Shown here in pieces: positions 18,673 through 28,036 of a DNA stretch of 64,000 nucleotides. Below the pieces are notes generated by a model. That model saw only the letters and a program-made list of their open reading frames with translations. It was not told the DNA's origin and searched no databases. Positions within the stretch are counted from its first letter, which is position 1. Each line of letters begins with the position of its first letter. The stretch covers positions 19,411-83,410 of IMG/VR virus record IMGVR_UViG_2684623128_000006; one strand, given 5' to 3'. Source of the stretch: a virus. Taxonomy: Duplodnaviria > Caudoviricetes. Both the position numbers and the translations under genes were made by a program.

Positions 18673-19586
18673 CCAAAAGCTTAAGAGATCGAATCAAGCT
18701 TAGCGACCTAGATAATCTCTTGGATGAATCAGCGGTAGAAATCCGCGATGCAGCGAAAGTGCTGGCTATCCCTAAAGACTCTTTGTATTCAGTTGAGCAA
18801 GTTCGTGAAGAATTTAACGATGAATCACTACTTGAGTTATGCGAAAGCCTAGAAGAAAACGGCCAAATTCAACCTGTCGTTGTTTACCCGTTCGATGGCA
18901 AGGGATACAAAATCCAAGAGGGTGAACGACGTTGGCGCGCCGCTATGTTGAGCGACAAGCTGACTCACGTTGAATGTATTGTCCGTGAAAAGGGCGATAT
19001 TTTTGGCCAGCTTATTGAAAACATCCAACGTGAAGATTTAACGGCAATCGAGTTGGGTAAGGCGTTTGACCAAGCTAAGAAAAAGCACAATCTTGATAAC
19101 CGTGGCTTAGCTAAGCGCCTTGGCAAATCAGACGGCTACATTTCGAAATACCTAAATGTGCTTAAAGCCCCTGACTTTGTTTTGGAAGCATTCCAAAAAG
19201 GGATTATTGGTGATGTAGAGTCCATCAACGAACTACGCAAAGCAACCGTCGATAACTCTGAGCGCGTTCGTGAAGCGCTGGAAAGCGGCGAGAAGCTAAC
19301 ACGCCAAGATTGTGTAAAACTGCGCACTGGCGAGCTAGATAGCAAGGTGGAAGTTGCACCTCAACCTAGCAAACCAGAGAAAGCAGAAAAGACCGATAAG
19401 ACACCAGTAAGCAAAAAGCCTACGGCAAACCAAAAGCCTACCAGCATTTGTGTGATGGTTAATGACCGTCATGGTTTGGTGTTCGCATCTGGTAAGCATA
19501 GCGACAAGCTAACGGTACTGTTTGATGATGGCGAACTTGAGCAAGTGCCAGTTGGTGAAGCTCAATTAGTTGGGTATCGTGTGTAA
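18669..19586 (+). CDS. parB: ParB/Spo0J CTP-dependent partition protein
   Basis: GQIQPVVV..GERRWRAA arginine patch, ENIQREDL, HTH. Confidence 0.95.
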   Translation: MTKSLRDRIKLSDLDNLLDESAVEIRDAAKVLAIPKDSLYSVEQVREEFNDESLLELCESLEENGQIQPVVVYPFDGKGYKIQEGERRWRAAMLSDKLTHVECIVREKGDIFGQLIENIQREDLTAIELGKAFDQAKKKHNLDNRGLAKRLGKSDGYISKYLNVLKAPDFVLEAFQKGIIGDVESINELRKATVDNSERVREALESGEKLTRQDCVKLRTGELDSKVEVAPQPSKPEKAEKTDKTPVSKKPTANQKPTSICVMVNDRHGLVFASGKHSDKLTVLFDDGELEQVPVGEAQLVGYRV

Positions 19587-19587
19587 A

Positions 19588-19605
19588 GTTCTCGCATGCG
19601 AAAAC
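19588..19605. repeat. parS-like palindrome
   Basis: GTTCTCGCATGCGAAAAC right after the parB stop. Confidence 0.75.
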
Positions 19606-19607
19606 TT

Positions 19608-19940
19608 TTAAAGCGGGTGGCTAATTAGCTGCCCGTTTTTCGTTAGGACGTAATACCCGCCGTCACGGTAGACACCAACCACATAGTGATCGAGCGGCAC
19701 GTCTTGCCAGCCAAATAGCCCTAGTTCGTCATCGCAATAAGCGACGATATTCACCAGCTTTACCTTTTGGATATGCAGTAGATAGATATTATCTAGCGCC
19801 CCTTTAAATGGCCTGTAGATATACTCGCCATCTTTCCTTAAAGCGGGGATCTCATTCCCTGCGACTGAATGGCCATCGGCAACGCCGTCTTCGTTTATGT
19901 CGATTAGCCCGTAGTGATAACGATGCCTGATAGTAAACAT
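19608..19940 (-). CDS. hypothetical protein
   Basis: 110 aa, GGGAG SD. Confidence 0.7.
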   Translation of the reverse strand: MFTIRHRYHYGLIDINEDGVADGHSVAGNEIPALRKDGEYIYRPFKGALDNIYLLHIQKVKLVNIVAYCDDELGLFGWQDVPLDHYVVGVYRDGGYYVLTKNGQLISHPL

Positions 19941-19957
19941 CCCCTACTCCCAAATGC

Positions 19958-19994
19958 AAAAACGCCAGATTTGACAATTAAATCTGGCGTTTTT
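19958..19994. terminator. bidirectional terminator
   Basis: AAAAACGCCAGATTT...AAATCTGGCGTTTTT. Confidence 0.7.
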
Positions 19995-20032
19995 GTGTCT
20001 ATAAAGGTTGTATAGGCAATATATGCCAAGAA

Positions 20033-20285
20033 CTATTTTATAGCATGCCTCGAAGCGTTTGCAAGTTCGTCCAGTTGCACACTAGACTCGAACATAAAGC
20101 CTGTTTGTACCCCCTCGTTTTCTAGCTCTTGATTTACACGCCCAAGAATATCAATAAGCGATGCACCGCCGCCGCCAAACATATCCCCGAGCGCTTGGCC
20201 TTGGTGAAGCAGCTCACTATTGATTGCCTCGGCCATTGCCTTAAATGCCAGTGTCATGCGTTTTGCGCTTCGGTTGTTCGCAGCA
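20033..20285 (-). pseudogene. ddrB: 3' remnant of a DdrB-like gene truncated at the IS right end
   Basis: AANNRSAKRMTLAFKAMAEAINSELLHQGQALGDMFGGG resembles the DdrB C-terminus; the frame runs into the IS end. Confidence 0.6.
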
Positions 20286-20430
20286 TTGACATACTCCCCT
20301 AGCTAATTCGCTAGGGGATTCTTAGTTCAACACGCTTTCACTAGATAGCCTCTTTTGAGGCTATCCCCGATCCAGTCGCTCCCTAAGCTAACCCCGCCAG
20401 TCCAGCGGTTTTTATATTCTTCGCTGCGTT
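20266..20430 (-). ncRNA. predicted TnpB omega/reRNA with guide UGCUGCGAACAACCGAAGCG
   Basis: Established TnpB architecture: scaffold from the tnpB 3' end to the right end, guide from the flank; boundaries approximate. Confidence 0.55.
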
Positions 20431-21543
20431 AATATCACGATCATGGTGCGTATTGCATTCTGGACAAGTCCAGTTTCGGATATTAAGCGGCATTGATTCG
20501 TGTACGAATCCACAACAGCTACAACGCTTTGAGCTAGGGAAGAAGCGCTCTATCTCAACGATAGTTCGTCCAGCCCATTCTGCTTTGTATTTGAGTTGGC
20601 GAACGAACTCACCCCAACTCGCATCAGCGATGTGTTTTGCTAGTTTTGGATTGCGGAGCATGTTCTTCACTTGTAGCGATTCAACACAAACAACTTGGTT
20701 TTCGTTTATCAGTTTGCGAGACAACTTGTGTAAGTTGTCTAATCGACTATCAGCAATTTTCGCGTGTAGACGGGCTACTTTCTGGCGCACCTTAGCGCGA
20801 TTATTACTGCCTTTCTTTTTCTTGGCGAGTTGACGCTGTAGGTATGCCAGTTTGTTTTGGTAGTGTTTGAAGTGGCGAGGATTATCGACTTTCTCACCGC
20901 TATCTGTGATGAACAGGTTATTTAAACCCAAATCAATACCAACCGTTTTAGCGGTTACAGGCATTGGTTTAGGCTCAAAACGGCATAGCATAGACACAAA
21001 GTATCGGCCTGTGGTGTCTTTTGAGATTGTGACTGTGGTTGGTTCGCTAGGTAGTTCACGACTCCAACGGATATTAAGTGGCTGCTTGGACTTGGCAATG
21101 AATAGCTGTCCATCGCGGAACTTAAATGCAGATTTGGTGAACTCAGCAGACTGTTTGTGACGTTTCTTTTTTTCGACAGGGTATTTTGCTCGACCCTCAA
21201 AGAAGTTCTTAAAAGCAGCTTGCTGGTGACGTAGTGATTGTTGCAAAGGCACACAAGAAACATCATTAAGCCAGCTTAACTCCGGATCTTTCTTAAACTC
21301 GGTCAATCGGCTTGATGCTGCGTTGTAGTTCACCTTAATTTTGTCATTACGGTAAGCGTCAATTCTCCAACGTAGGATTCTGTTGTAAACAGTTCGCACA
21401 CAACCGAACGTTCTTGCTAGAAGTTCAGCTTGATCATCAGTTGGATAAAACCGTTGTTTGATTACGATCTCTTTCATGTCTTACAAACGCTTTTGACTTA
21501 ACTCATTGAGTTAGCCCCGCAATAAACGGGGCTTTCTCTCCTG
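20286..21543 (-). mobile_element. IS200/IS605-family element, tnpB only (no tnpA)
   Basis: Left end CAGGAGAGAAAGCCCCG..CGGGGC hairpin; right-end hairpin CCCCTAGC..GCTAGGGG ending in TCAA. Confidence 0.85.
20383..21477 (-). CDS. tnpB: RNA-guided endonuclease TnpB
   Basis: RuvC D (GIDLG), E (VESL), D (DRDINAA) intact; CSCC..CPEC Zn ribbon; HTH_OrfB N-terminus. Confidence 0.95.
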   Translation of the reverse strand: MKEIVIKQRFYPTDDQAELLARTFGCVRTVYNRILRWRIDAYRNDKIKVNYNAASSRLTEFKKDPELSWLNDVSCVPLQQSLRHQQAAFKNFFEGRAKYPVEKKKRHKQSAEFTKSAFKFRDGQLFIAKSKQPLNIRWSRELPSEPTTVTISKDTTGRYFVSMLCRFEPKPMPVTAKTVGIDLGLNNLFITDSGEKVDNPRHFKHYQNKLAYLQRQLAKKKKGSNNRAKVRQKVARLHAKIADSRLDNLHKLSRKLINENQVVCVESLQVKNMLRNPKLAKHIADASWGEFVRQLKYKAEWAGRTIVEIERFFPSSKRCSCCGFVHESMPLNIRNWTCPECNTHHDRDINAAKNIKTAGLAGLA

Positions 21544-21545
21544 AT

Positions 21546-21815
21546 TTAACTTGTCTGGAAGTCCATTTTTTCTAGGGCAAGTTCAAACCCCGAGCAAAAC
21601 AGATATTGAGCGTCCAGAATTGAATCAACGCGAAGATCACCACCACAAAGCAGCCAATCTTGAAAATGCTGTTCTGGCGAATCGTTCCAATCGACAGGTT
21701 GTAAGGCGTTGTAGACCTGACAAAGAAGCTCTACAGGCGCGTTTAGATCTTGGGAGAGGTAGTCTTGCGCAGCTTGAAGTGCGGCGCGCATGTTGATTGT
21801 AGAAGTGCCAATCAT
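21546..21815 (-). CDS. hypothetical protein under C4 control (icd/ant position)
   Basis: 89 aa; its SD lies within the C4 target box TTAACAGG. Confidence 0.7.
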   Translation of the reverse strand: MIGTSTINMRAALQAAQDYLSQDLNAPVELLCQVYNALQPVDWNDSPEQHFQDWLLCGGDLRVDSILDAQYLFCSGFELALEKMDFQTS

Positions 21816-21871
21816 GATTTCAGTCCTGTTAAGTTATTGTTTAACTCACCAAAACCGAGGCTAACCAGTGG

Positions 21872-21947
21872 TGGTGAGCTGATTCGGGATTAGCCTTACC
21901 GCTTAACAGGAAACGGCGCACCGAAGTGCTCCCAAAACAGCCCACCA
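21872..21947 (-). ncRNA. c4: C4-type antisense RNA
   Basis: TGGTGGGCTG...CAGCTCACCA closing stem, cUUCGg hairpin, antisense boxes CCTGTTAA and AGGCTAAT; target boxes upstream (22006-22030) and downstream (21825-21864); upstream GCACTGGCAAAATCCAGTG hairpin. Confidence 0.82.
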
Positions 21948-22059
21948 TAATTAGGATGTGCAGATTTCACGCAATAAAAAACCAGCAGGGTGCTGGCGAC
22001 TTGCGCCTGTTAAGTTTCGAGAGGCTAATCTCGACACTGGATTTTGCCAGTGCCCAAAT

Positions 22060-22089
22060 AGATTAACTCCAAAAAAATAGGTTTTGCAA
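22060..22089 (-). promoter_or_regulatory. promoter of the c4 operon
   Basis: TTGCAA-18-TAATCT; operator GTGTTCGGAAT upstream at 22154. Confidence 0.6.
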
Positions 22090-22286
22090 GTCGTTTTTTA
22101 ATATAATTTTTTATATGCAATCTGGCAAGTGTAAAAGCGTTGATTTTAATGCTGTGTTCGGAATTTATAGTGAGCAAGCTTTGTCGTATAATCCCTAATC
22201 ACCACAATAGAATTAACTAGAAAGGGCAGCGCTCCTCTCCTCCCTCTTTCGGGAGGGGTATCCACGCTGAAACATTTAGGTGGCGA

Positions 22287-22490
22287 GTTTTCGCATGCGA
22301 GAACTTTTGGGATAGGGAAAAGGATTAAAGGCTCTTAAGCAATGCGAAAAGCGCCTTGGCGTAGTTATGACGTTCGCTGGCTGCTAGTGCAAGGTTTAAA
22401 GATTGCTTGTAGTAATAGTCTGCTCGGATTTTAGTGAAAACATTCATCGTTTTTTCTCAAGTTCTCTGAAAAGTTTTCGCATGCGAAAAC
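22287..22490. repeat. two parS-like palindromes
   Basis: Copies at 22287-22304 and 22473-22490. Confidence 0.75.
22325..22447 (-). CDS. 40-aa hypothetical protein
   Basis: MNVFTKIRADYYYKQSLNLALAASERHNYAKALFALLKSL*, between two parS-like sites; weak SD. Confidence 0.4.
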   Translation of the reverse strand: MNVFTKIRADYYYKQSLNLALAASERHNYAKALFALLKSL

Positions 22491-23195
22491 TTAAGCGGCC
22501 AGTTTGTCAGGATTGTGCTCGAACCATTCAATCGCTTTTTGCTTGATGCTATCTAGCTCCAAGCCCTCTGAGTGAACGTCTCGCATTACATCAACAAACA
22601 ACGATGGCTTGGCTGTATTAAACTCCCCTGCAAGGAATCTCGCAACCAGTTCGCTTTGTTCAACTGGACGTTCGCCATTGTCGCGCTCATTCTGCTCAAT
22701 GTGCTTAGTGATGATCTTGATAGCCTTGCTACGGTCAGCGCGCGACCAGCTACCAAAACCACCATTTTTCTTGGCTGAGCCCGCATCGTTTTTCCAGTAG
22801 TCCAAACCGCGCGCAACATGCCCCTTGTAGCCAAACTGGAAGTTTTCGCCATCCTTGTAAACAACGTAGTTATCCCCCTTTTCAACCATTTGGTAGTTAG
22901 GGAAAAACGCCATTTCGTATTCGTACCAGTTAGGCAGAAGTAGCACTTCATTGAGCTTTTCAATCTTATCGGAGCGGCCTAACTTGGAAAATTCTTCTAC
23001 CGATATTGGCTCATCCGAACTTGATACCGGTTCCTGCTCAACCTTTTGGTTAGCGCCTGTCAGTTTATTAAGAATTTCCACCAGCTCACGGTTCTTTTTG
23101 ATGCGTTCACCAATCGATAGCTGGCCACTCTTAAGCTCTTTCAACAAACCCGCAGCATCGCGGTTGAGCGTCATTTTTTCTCTTAAGCTTAACAC
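22491..23195 (-). CDS. darA-operon protein (Hxr/polyvalent-protein-like N-terminal helices)
   Basis: LSLREKMTL..LSIGERIKKNREL..L repeat-like start; GGAG SD; follows darA. Confidence 0.6.
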   Translation of the reverse strand: MLSLREKMTLNRDAAGLLKELKSGQLSIGERIKKNRELVEILNKLTGANQKVEQEPVSSSDEPISVEEFSKLGRSDKIEKLNEVLLLPNWYEYEMAFFPNYQMVEKGDNYVVYKDGENFQFGYKGHVARGLDYWKNDAGSAKKNGGFGSWSRADRSKAIKIITKHIEQNERDNGERPVEQSELVARFLAGEFNTAKPSLFVDVMRDVHSEGLELDSIKQKAIEWFEHNPDKLAA

Positions 23196-23242
23196 TTGAT
23201 TCTCTCCGGTTTAGGCCGCCGAAGTGGCGGCCTTGGTTGTGA

Positions 23243-26200
23243 TTAGATTTGCGCTTGGATCATGCTGGTGATGTTGCTTAGAGCAGCATCCATCAACGCT
23301 TCGTTCTCTGCTATTTGGTCGTTAGCTTCGAAGTGGGCGTAAGCCTGTTCTAGTGCGGTTTGGAACTCATCAACCAATTCCGGCGTAGGTTCACCAGTGA
23401 AATCTCGGATTTCCTTTAGTTTCTCTACATGTTCCATTTCTTCGTTATTGCCCTCTGTTTCAGATTGAGGCGCCTCACTACTTAGATTGAACGCTTTCAC
23501 TAATAGCGCTTCCATTTCCGCTGTATCGTCAAATTCACCGATCAAGTCGTTGCCTTGGTATAGCGCGAACTTGTACTCGCCATCTTTAGCGATCGGATAA
23601 ATGTCAGCGTGGCTTTCATTTAACCATGAACGGGCGATTAGCGGAGCGTACACGTTCGCTGGCACTGAGCCATTTACTGAGTGGATACCTGCCGCAACAC
23701 TTGGTTGTACCAATGCGCCTATTTCGTTGTAGTAGGTATCCGCAGATTGCCAGTCCTTAATCGTCTCAAGCTGAGCTTTCGCTTTTTCGCTTAAGTCGGT
23801 CGCTAGAATGTCGAATAGAACGTCTAGGCTGTAAGTGAGTCCGTCCTCATCTTTCGCATTAATCGACTTCACTCGGCCTGTTGGGAAAGTCACTTCCTGC
23901 TTACCAAGTTTTAGCTCTAGGTTGGTAAAGGCTTCTAGCTGCTCAAGCGCTTTCGCTTCTTCTTCATCTAGGCTTTCACGGAATGAGGTAACGTCTAATA
24001 CGTCATCCTCTGCCTGTTCGCCTTGCTGGTGCATTTCAGTTAGAGACGCGAGCTCTACCACTTTGCGCTCTTTACCAAAATCAAAGTCCACGGTTAGGCG
24101 GCCACCAAAGAAATTGCGATCGTGGTAATCGGTCATCGTGTCGCTGTTGTTGTAGTCGTATTGGCCTACATAAGCGTTAACGAACTCGATCAGCTGATCT
24201 ACTGCTTCGGTATAACGGCTCATACCGTGTGGCGCTGGCGAGTTAGGGTTATCAATCTCGAACTGTAGGTAAGCTGGATTGTAGAGCATGACGTTTCTTG
24301 GCAAGTCAGTCAGCGTTAGGTCTAGTGTGCCGTAGCGAGGCTTGCGTACTGAGATTTTAACGTCATTACTGATCTTGCCAGCTTTCTTAAGCTGAGCGAT
24401 AAAGGCGCGGATTCGCTTAGCGATTTCACCCGTATCTCGAATGCCCTCGCTCTCATAGATTGAGCCAAATGAATATTGAGTTGGGTCTAGTGCGAGAAGT
24501 TGTTTTTCTTCCTCGGATGCACCCTTGCTCACTTCATCTGCTGTGTCAGATTCTACGGCGTTCTTAGCACCCAATAGCTCAAGCAGTTTGTTCGCACCGT
24601 CAACCGTTAGGTAGCTGCGAGAATTGGTGTTAGCGATAAAGCGTAGCTCTTTACCCTTGTTCGACTTCGCAGAGAAGAAACTGTAGCCAAATGTATTTTC
24701 CATTTGGTTCTCTTGTTCTTCGGTTAGCGCAATGCCGTTAATCTTGCCGTCATCGTCCACCTTGGCCAGTAGCTTGTCGGCGTTCTCGCGTAGTGTTGGG
24801 CGCGAGTGAAGCGAACCCGAGCCGTTAATGGCCAACGTTGAATACAATGATTCAAAGCCGTTGATTGTGGTGAACATAGCCGGACTGACAGGCTCTAGTG
24901 GTGCGCTGTATTCCGTCTCTGCAATTTGCTCAAGCGTTTTGCCGTCCTTAAGCATGTTAAAGATTGCAATAGTGCTTTCTTTCACTGCTTGGTCGTTTAG
25001 TTGAGTCGCTTTTTGCTGCGCTGCTGCGCCCTCTAGGCCAGTTTCTAGCACCTTGCCTGTGTACGTATCGATAACGCTAAAATCAGATTGGCCAATAGTG
25101 CCAACTGGTGCGTAGCGTTTCTCGCGTGTCGCCTTGAATTGACCTTTATGGTTCAAGTCAGGCAACGCAGCAAGGCTAGGGAAGCCACGGCTTTCGTATT
25201 CCGCTTCGATAGCTTTTGTGTACCACAATGGCATGACCGAGTTATGGATAGCGCGCACCATCTGTTCATTGTCGATCTGCTCATCGTTATCCAAGTATCT
25301 AAAACCATGAATTGCCAGGATGTCTTGGTTGGTAACACTTGCCATTGCATAGTGCTGAGCAAAGAGCTCATCTGAACTTAGTTCGGATAGGTCAGGGTAG
25401 ATACCGTCATCAATCGCCTTAATGAAGCGCTCAACTTTTTGGTAGTCCTCGCCTTGGTCTGCCATTGCTGGAATGACGGTTTCACCTTTTGCCTTGGTGT
25501 AAGCTACGTCTCCCTCATGGTAAACCGTAGTCGCGCTAAACGCTTTTTCTACGTCATCCAGTGCTAACGCTTCGCCGTTCTCAAACTTCTCGTATAGGTC
25601 GCCACGTAGCGCGCGTAGGTCGAACATTTTCGCCGTTGCACTAAAGAATCCGTCACGGTAGTTCAAGATAGCTTGCAGTAGGTCAGCGCGTTTCGCACGG
25701 CGGTTAAATGGAATGCGATGAGCCGTTAGGAAATCAGTGATCTCTTTGCGGTTCTTAAATTGCGCTTCCAGTGACGCTAGGGTTTCACCTTGTAGTGATT
25801 CCACTAGGTGCGCTTGTTCTGAAATACGCTTAGCTTGGTCATCCACTTTCTCGCCACGTTTTAGTGTTTTACCAGTACCTAGCGTTAGGTCAGCTAGCAT
25901 AACAAGACGTTTGCGATCGCTTGGGTTTACTGACTGCATATCCTTAAGTTGGGATAGGGCTGCTTCTTGGAAGCGCATGCGGCCTTGCGTGTGTTCTGCT
26001 TGGCGCTGTAATTCAGCATCGCTTTGAACCAGCATTAGGTCTTCGGCAATCTCTTGAATCATGTCCGGCGTCACAAGGTCAATCGATGCGCTCCATAGCT
26101 TGTACGCGTTTGGATTTTCCTTGCGGTTCTTCATTTCTGGTTGCTGGCGTAGCTGCTTAGCGAACGCTGCTTTGAAGCCCACTTGTTTTAGGGTATCGAG

Positions 26201-28036
26201 CGTAGACTGAGGAATTTCATCAACGCCTTTGTCCTCAACCCATTGGTCTAGCGCTTCGGTTGCGATGCGCTCCGCTTCTTCTAGGTCGCCCTCAACCATG
26301 CCAAATAGCGGCTCTAGGTCAAAGTTACTTACTAATTCTGGTGGCAGTTTTTGGTCATAAGCGATCGCACCGTGGCGAATGCCATTACCAGCGTCAGCGA
26401 ATTGCTCTTTAGCCGATTCTGGATCGAGGTACTTAACCACTTGATGTTGTGGCGGCGTCGTACCCAAGCCATAAGGGCGTAGACGTAGGCCATACCAGAA
26501 TAGGTTATCCGTGGTTTCGTCTTTGTCTTGGTCGTTCGCGTTTGGCTCGTCGTTCTCAATTGATTGTGGTTCTTCGTTGCTGTCATCGGTATCTTGAAGC
26601 AACTTAGATTCGCGATCGTAGTCAGCCAGAATAAGTGATTTAGCAGCTTCCCAACCTTGTAGATCGTCGCCACCAGCAAGCGGTGAACCCTCGCCGTAAG
26701 TGACAGCCAAGGTTTGGTTATCGCGCGCGTGGATCATGTACTGGCCAAAGCTATCATCGTCGTTCGCGTCAGGCGATTCGAAGTAGACAAACGGCTCGCT
26801 ATCTTCGCCTTTATCCATCTTCCAGCCCTTAGCAATGGTCTTGCGACCAATAAGAGCCAATAGCCATTCTTTGCGCTCGATATTTGCTTTTCGTTCCCGT
26901 TCTTTGTCTGACAACTGAGGAAAATCGTTTTCAATTGAATCACGGATGTATTCTTTAGCCTCGGCAAGCTCTGATACCGTCATAGCACCTTTATCGAGGT
27001 CATAAATCACATCATTGATATACGACTCTGAATAAGTGCTAGGAACGTTTTGATTTGCTGCACCTGCAAACTCTAATGAGTCTTTAAACTCTTGGCTTAG
27101 CTGTTTAACAAAGGCATCAAGATCGCCATTGAAGGCACGGTTAATGATGAAGTCGCGTTTCTCTTGCTTAGTCCATGAAGCGTCCCATTGCTCGATCACT
27201 TGAGACGAGCTACCACCAGCGTTTACATTTTTCGTTGCTGTATTTGCTGCTGGCTTGATAGCAGCAAGCTGTTTGCGTAGTTCTTCTTGGATTTCGTTCT
27301 GCGTAGCAATCTGAGTTTCCAAGCGCTTCTCTTTCTTGGCCAGCTCATCGAGCTTTTGTTCCAAGTCGGTAGCTTCTTCGCCTAGTTGCGCAGCTTGTTC
27401 ATCAAGTTCTTGTGCCTTTTGTTGCGCTTCTTCCAATGCTTTCTTGTCAGCGTCTTTCTTGGCCTTAGCAGCGACAAATTTCTCGCTGTTGTTTTCAAGC
27501 AACTGCGCTAGCTTGTTGGTCACTTCCTTAAGGGATAAATCCATGTTGCCCTTTGGCGCGACTACGTGAGTAATATCGCGCGAGTTCATTAGAAAGCGGA
27601 ACGCGATTAACGTGTCATCTGGATTGATTTTTAGCGGATCGTTATCCGGCGCATGGAACGCAATAGAAATGCTCTGGCCATCTGAAAACGGGATTTTCAC
27701 CATTTGGACAGCAACCGCACCAGACTTGCGCGGTTTGCCTACTTCAACGGCTTCTACCGATAAAGTAGGGGTTTTACGCTCCAAGTGCTTACCGAATTGC
27801 TGAGCACGAAATTCAAGCCTTGAGGCTTTCGATTTGAACGCCTCTAGCATCATTTGTGGCACAGGTTTGCACTGATACAAGTAGGTGTTCTCCAAATCCT
27901 CAAGTGACAATGCTTCTAGGATTTGATCGGCGTTTTTACCTTGCAGCACCGCTTCAATCTGCTCCGGCGAGAGTTTCTTGGCCAGATGGTCGATGCGATC
28001 CACAATCTTGATTTGATTTTGACTGGTAAACATCAT
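23243..28036 (-). CDS. darA: DarA anti-restriction/internal head protein, expanded polyvalent form
   Basis: DarA N-terminal domain (FSDGQSISIAFHAP), coiled coil, FWYGLRLRP DarA C-terminal motif, LPD29-like YDYNNSDTMTDYHDRNF; 1597 aa. Confidence 0.85.
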   Translation of the reverse strand: MMFTSQNQIKIVDRIDHLAKKLSPEQIEAVLQGKNADQILEALSLEDLENTYLYQCKPVPQMMLEAFKSKASRLEFRAQQFGKHLERKTPTLSVEAVEVGKPRKSGAVAVQMVKIPFSDGQSISIAFHAPDNDPLKINPDDTLIAFRFLMNSRDITHVVAPKGNMDLSLKEVTNKLAQLLENNSEKFVAAKAKKDADKKALEEAQQKAQELDEQAAQLGEEATDLEQKLDELAKKEKRLETQIATQNEIQEELRKQLAAIKPAANTATKNVNAGGSSSQVIEQWDASWTKQEKRDFIINRAFNGDLDAFVKQLSQEFKDSLEFAGAANQNVPSTYSESYINDVIYDLDKGAMTVSELAEAKEYIRDSIENDFPQLSDKERERKANIERKEWLLALIGRKTIAKGWKMDKGEDSEPFVYFESPDANDDDSFGQYMIHARDNQTLAVTYGEGSPLAGGDDLQGWEAAKSLILADYDRESKLLQDTDDSNEEPQSIENDEPNANDQDKDETTDNLFWYGLRLRPYGLGTTPPQHQVVKYLDPESAKEQFADAGNGIRHGAIAYDQKLPPELVSNFDLEPLFGMVEGDLEEAERIATEALDQWVEDKGVDEIPQSTLDTLKQVGFKAAFAKQLRQQPEMKNRKENPNAYKLWSASIDLVTPDMIQEIAEDLMLVQSDAELQRQAEHTQGRMRFQEAALSQLKDMQSVNPSDRKRLVMLADLTLGTGKTLKRGEKVDDQAKRISEQAHLVESLQGETLASLEAQFKNRKEITDFLTAHRIPFNRRAKRADLLQAILNYRDGFFSATAKMFDLRALRGDLYEKFENGEALALDDVEKAFSATTVYHEGDVAYTKAKGETVIPAMADQGEDYQKVERFIKAIDDGIYPDLSELSSDELFAQHYAMASVTNQDILAIHGFRYLDNDEQIDNEQMVRAIHNSVMPLWYTKAIEAEYESRGFPSLAALPDLNHKGQFKATREKRYAPVGTIGQSDFSVIDTYTGKVLETGLEGAAAQQKATQLNDQAVKESTIAIFNMLKDGKTLEQIAETEYSAPLEPVSPAMFTTINGFESLYSTLAINGSGSLHSRPTLRENADKLLAKVDDDGKINGIALTEEQENQMENTFGYSFFSAKSNKGKELRFIANTNSRSYLTVDGANKLLELLGAKNAVESDTADEVSKGASEEEKQLLALDPTQYSFGSIYESEGIRDTGEIAKRIRAFIAQLKKAGKISNDVKISVRKPRYGTLDLTLTDLPRNVMLYNPAYLQFEIDNPNSPAPHGMSRYTEAVDQLIEFVNAYVGQYDYNNSDTMTDYHDRNFFGGRLTVDFDFGKERKVVELASLTEMHQQGEQAEDDVLDVTSFRESLDEEEAKALEQLEAFTNLELKLGKQEVTFPTGRVKSINAKDEDGLTYSLDVLFDILATDLSEKAKAQLETIKDWQSADTYYNEIGALVQPSVAAGIHSVNGSVPANVYAPLIARSWLNESHADIYPIAKDGEYKFALYQGNDLIGEFDDTAEMEALLVKAFNLSSEAPQSETEGNNEEMEHVEKLKEIRDFTGEPTPELVDEFQTALEQAYAHFEANDQIAENEALMDAALSNITSMIQAQI

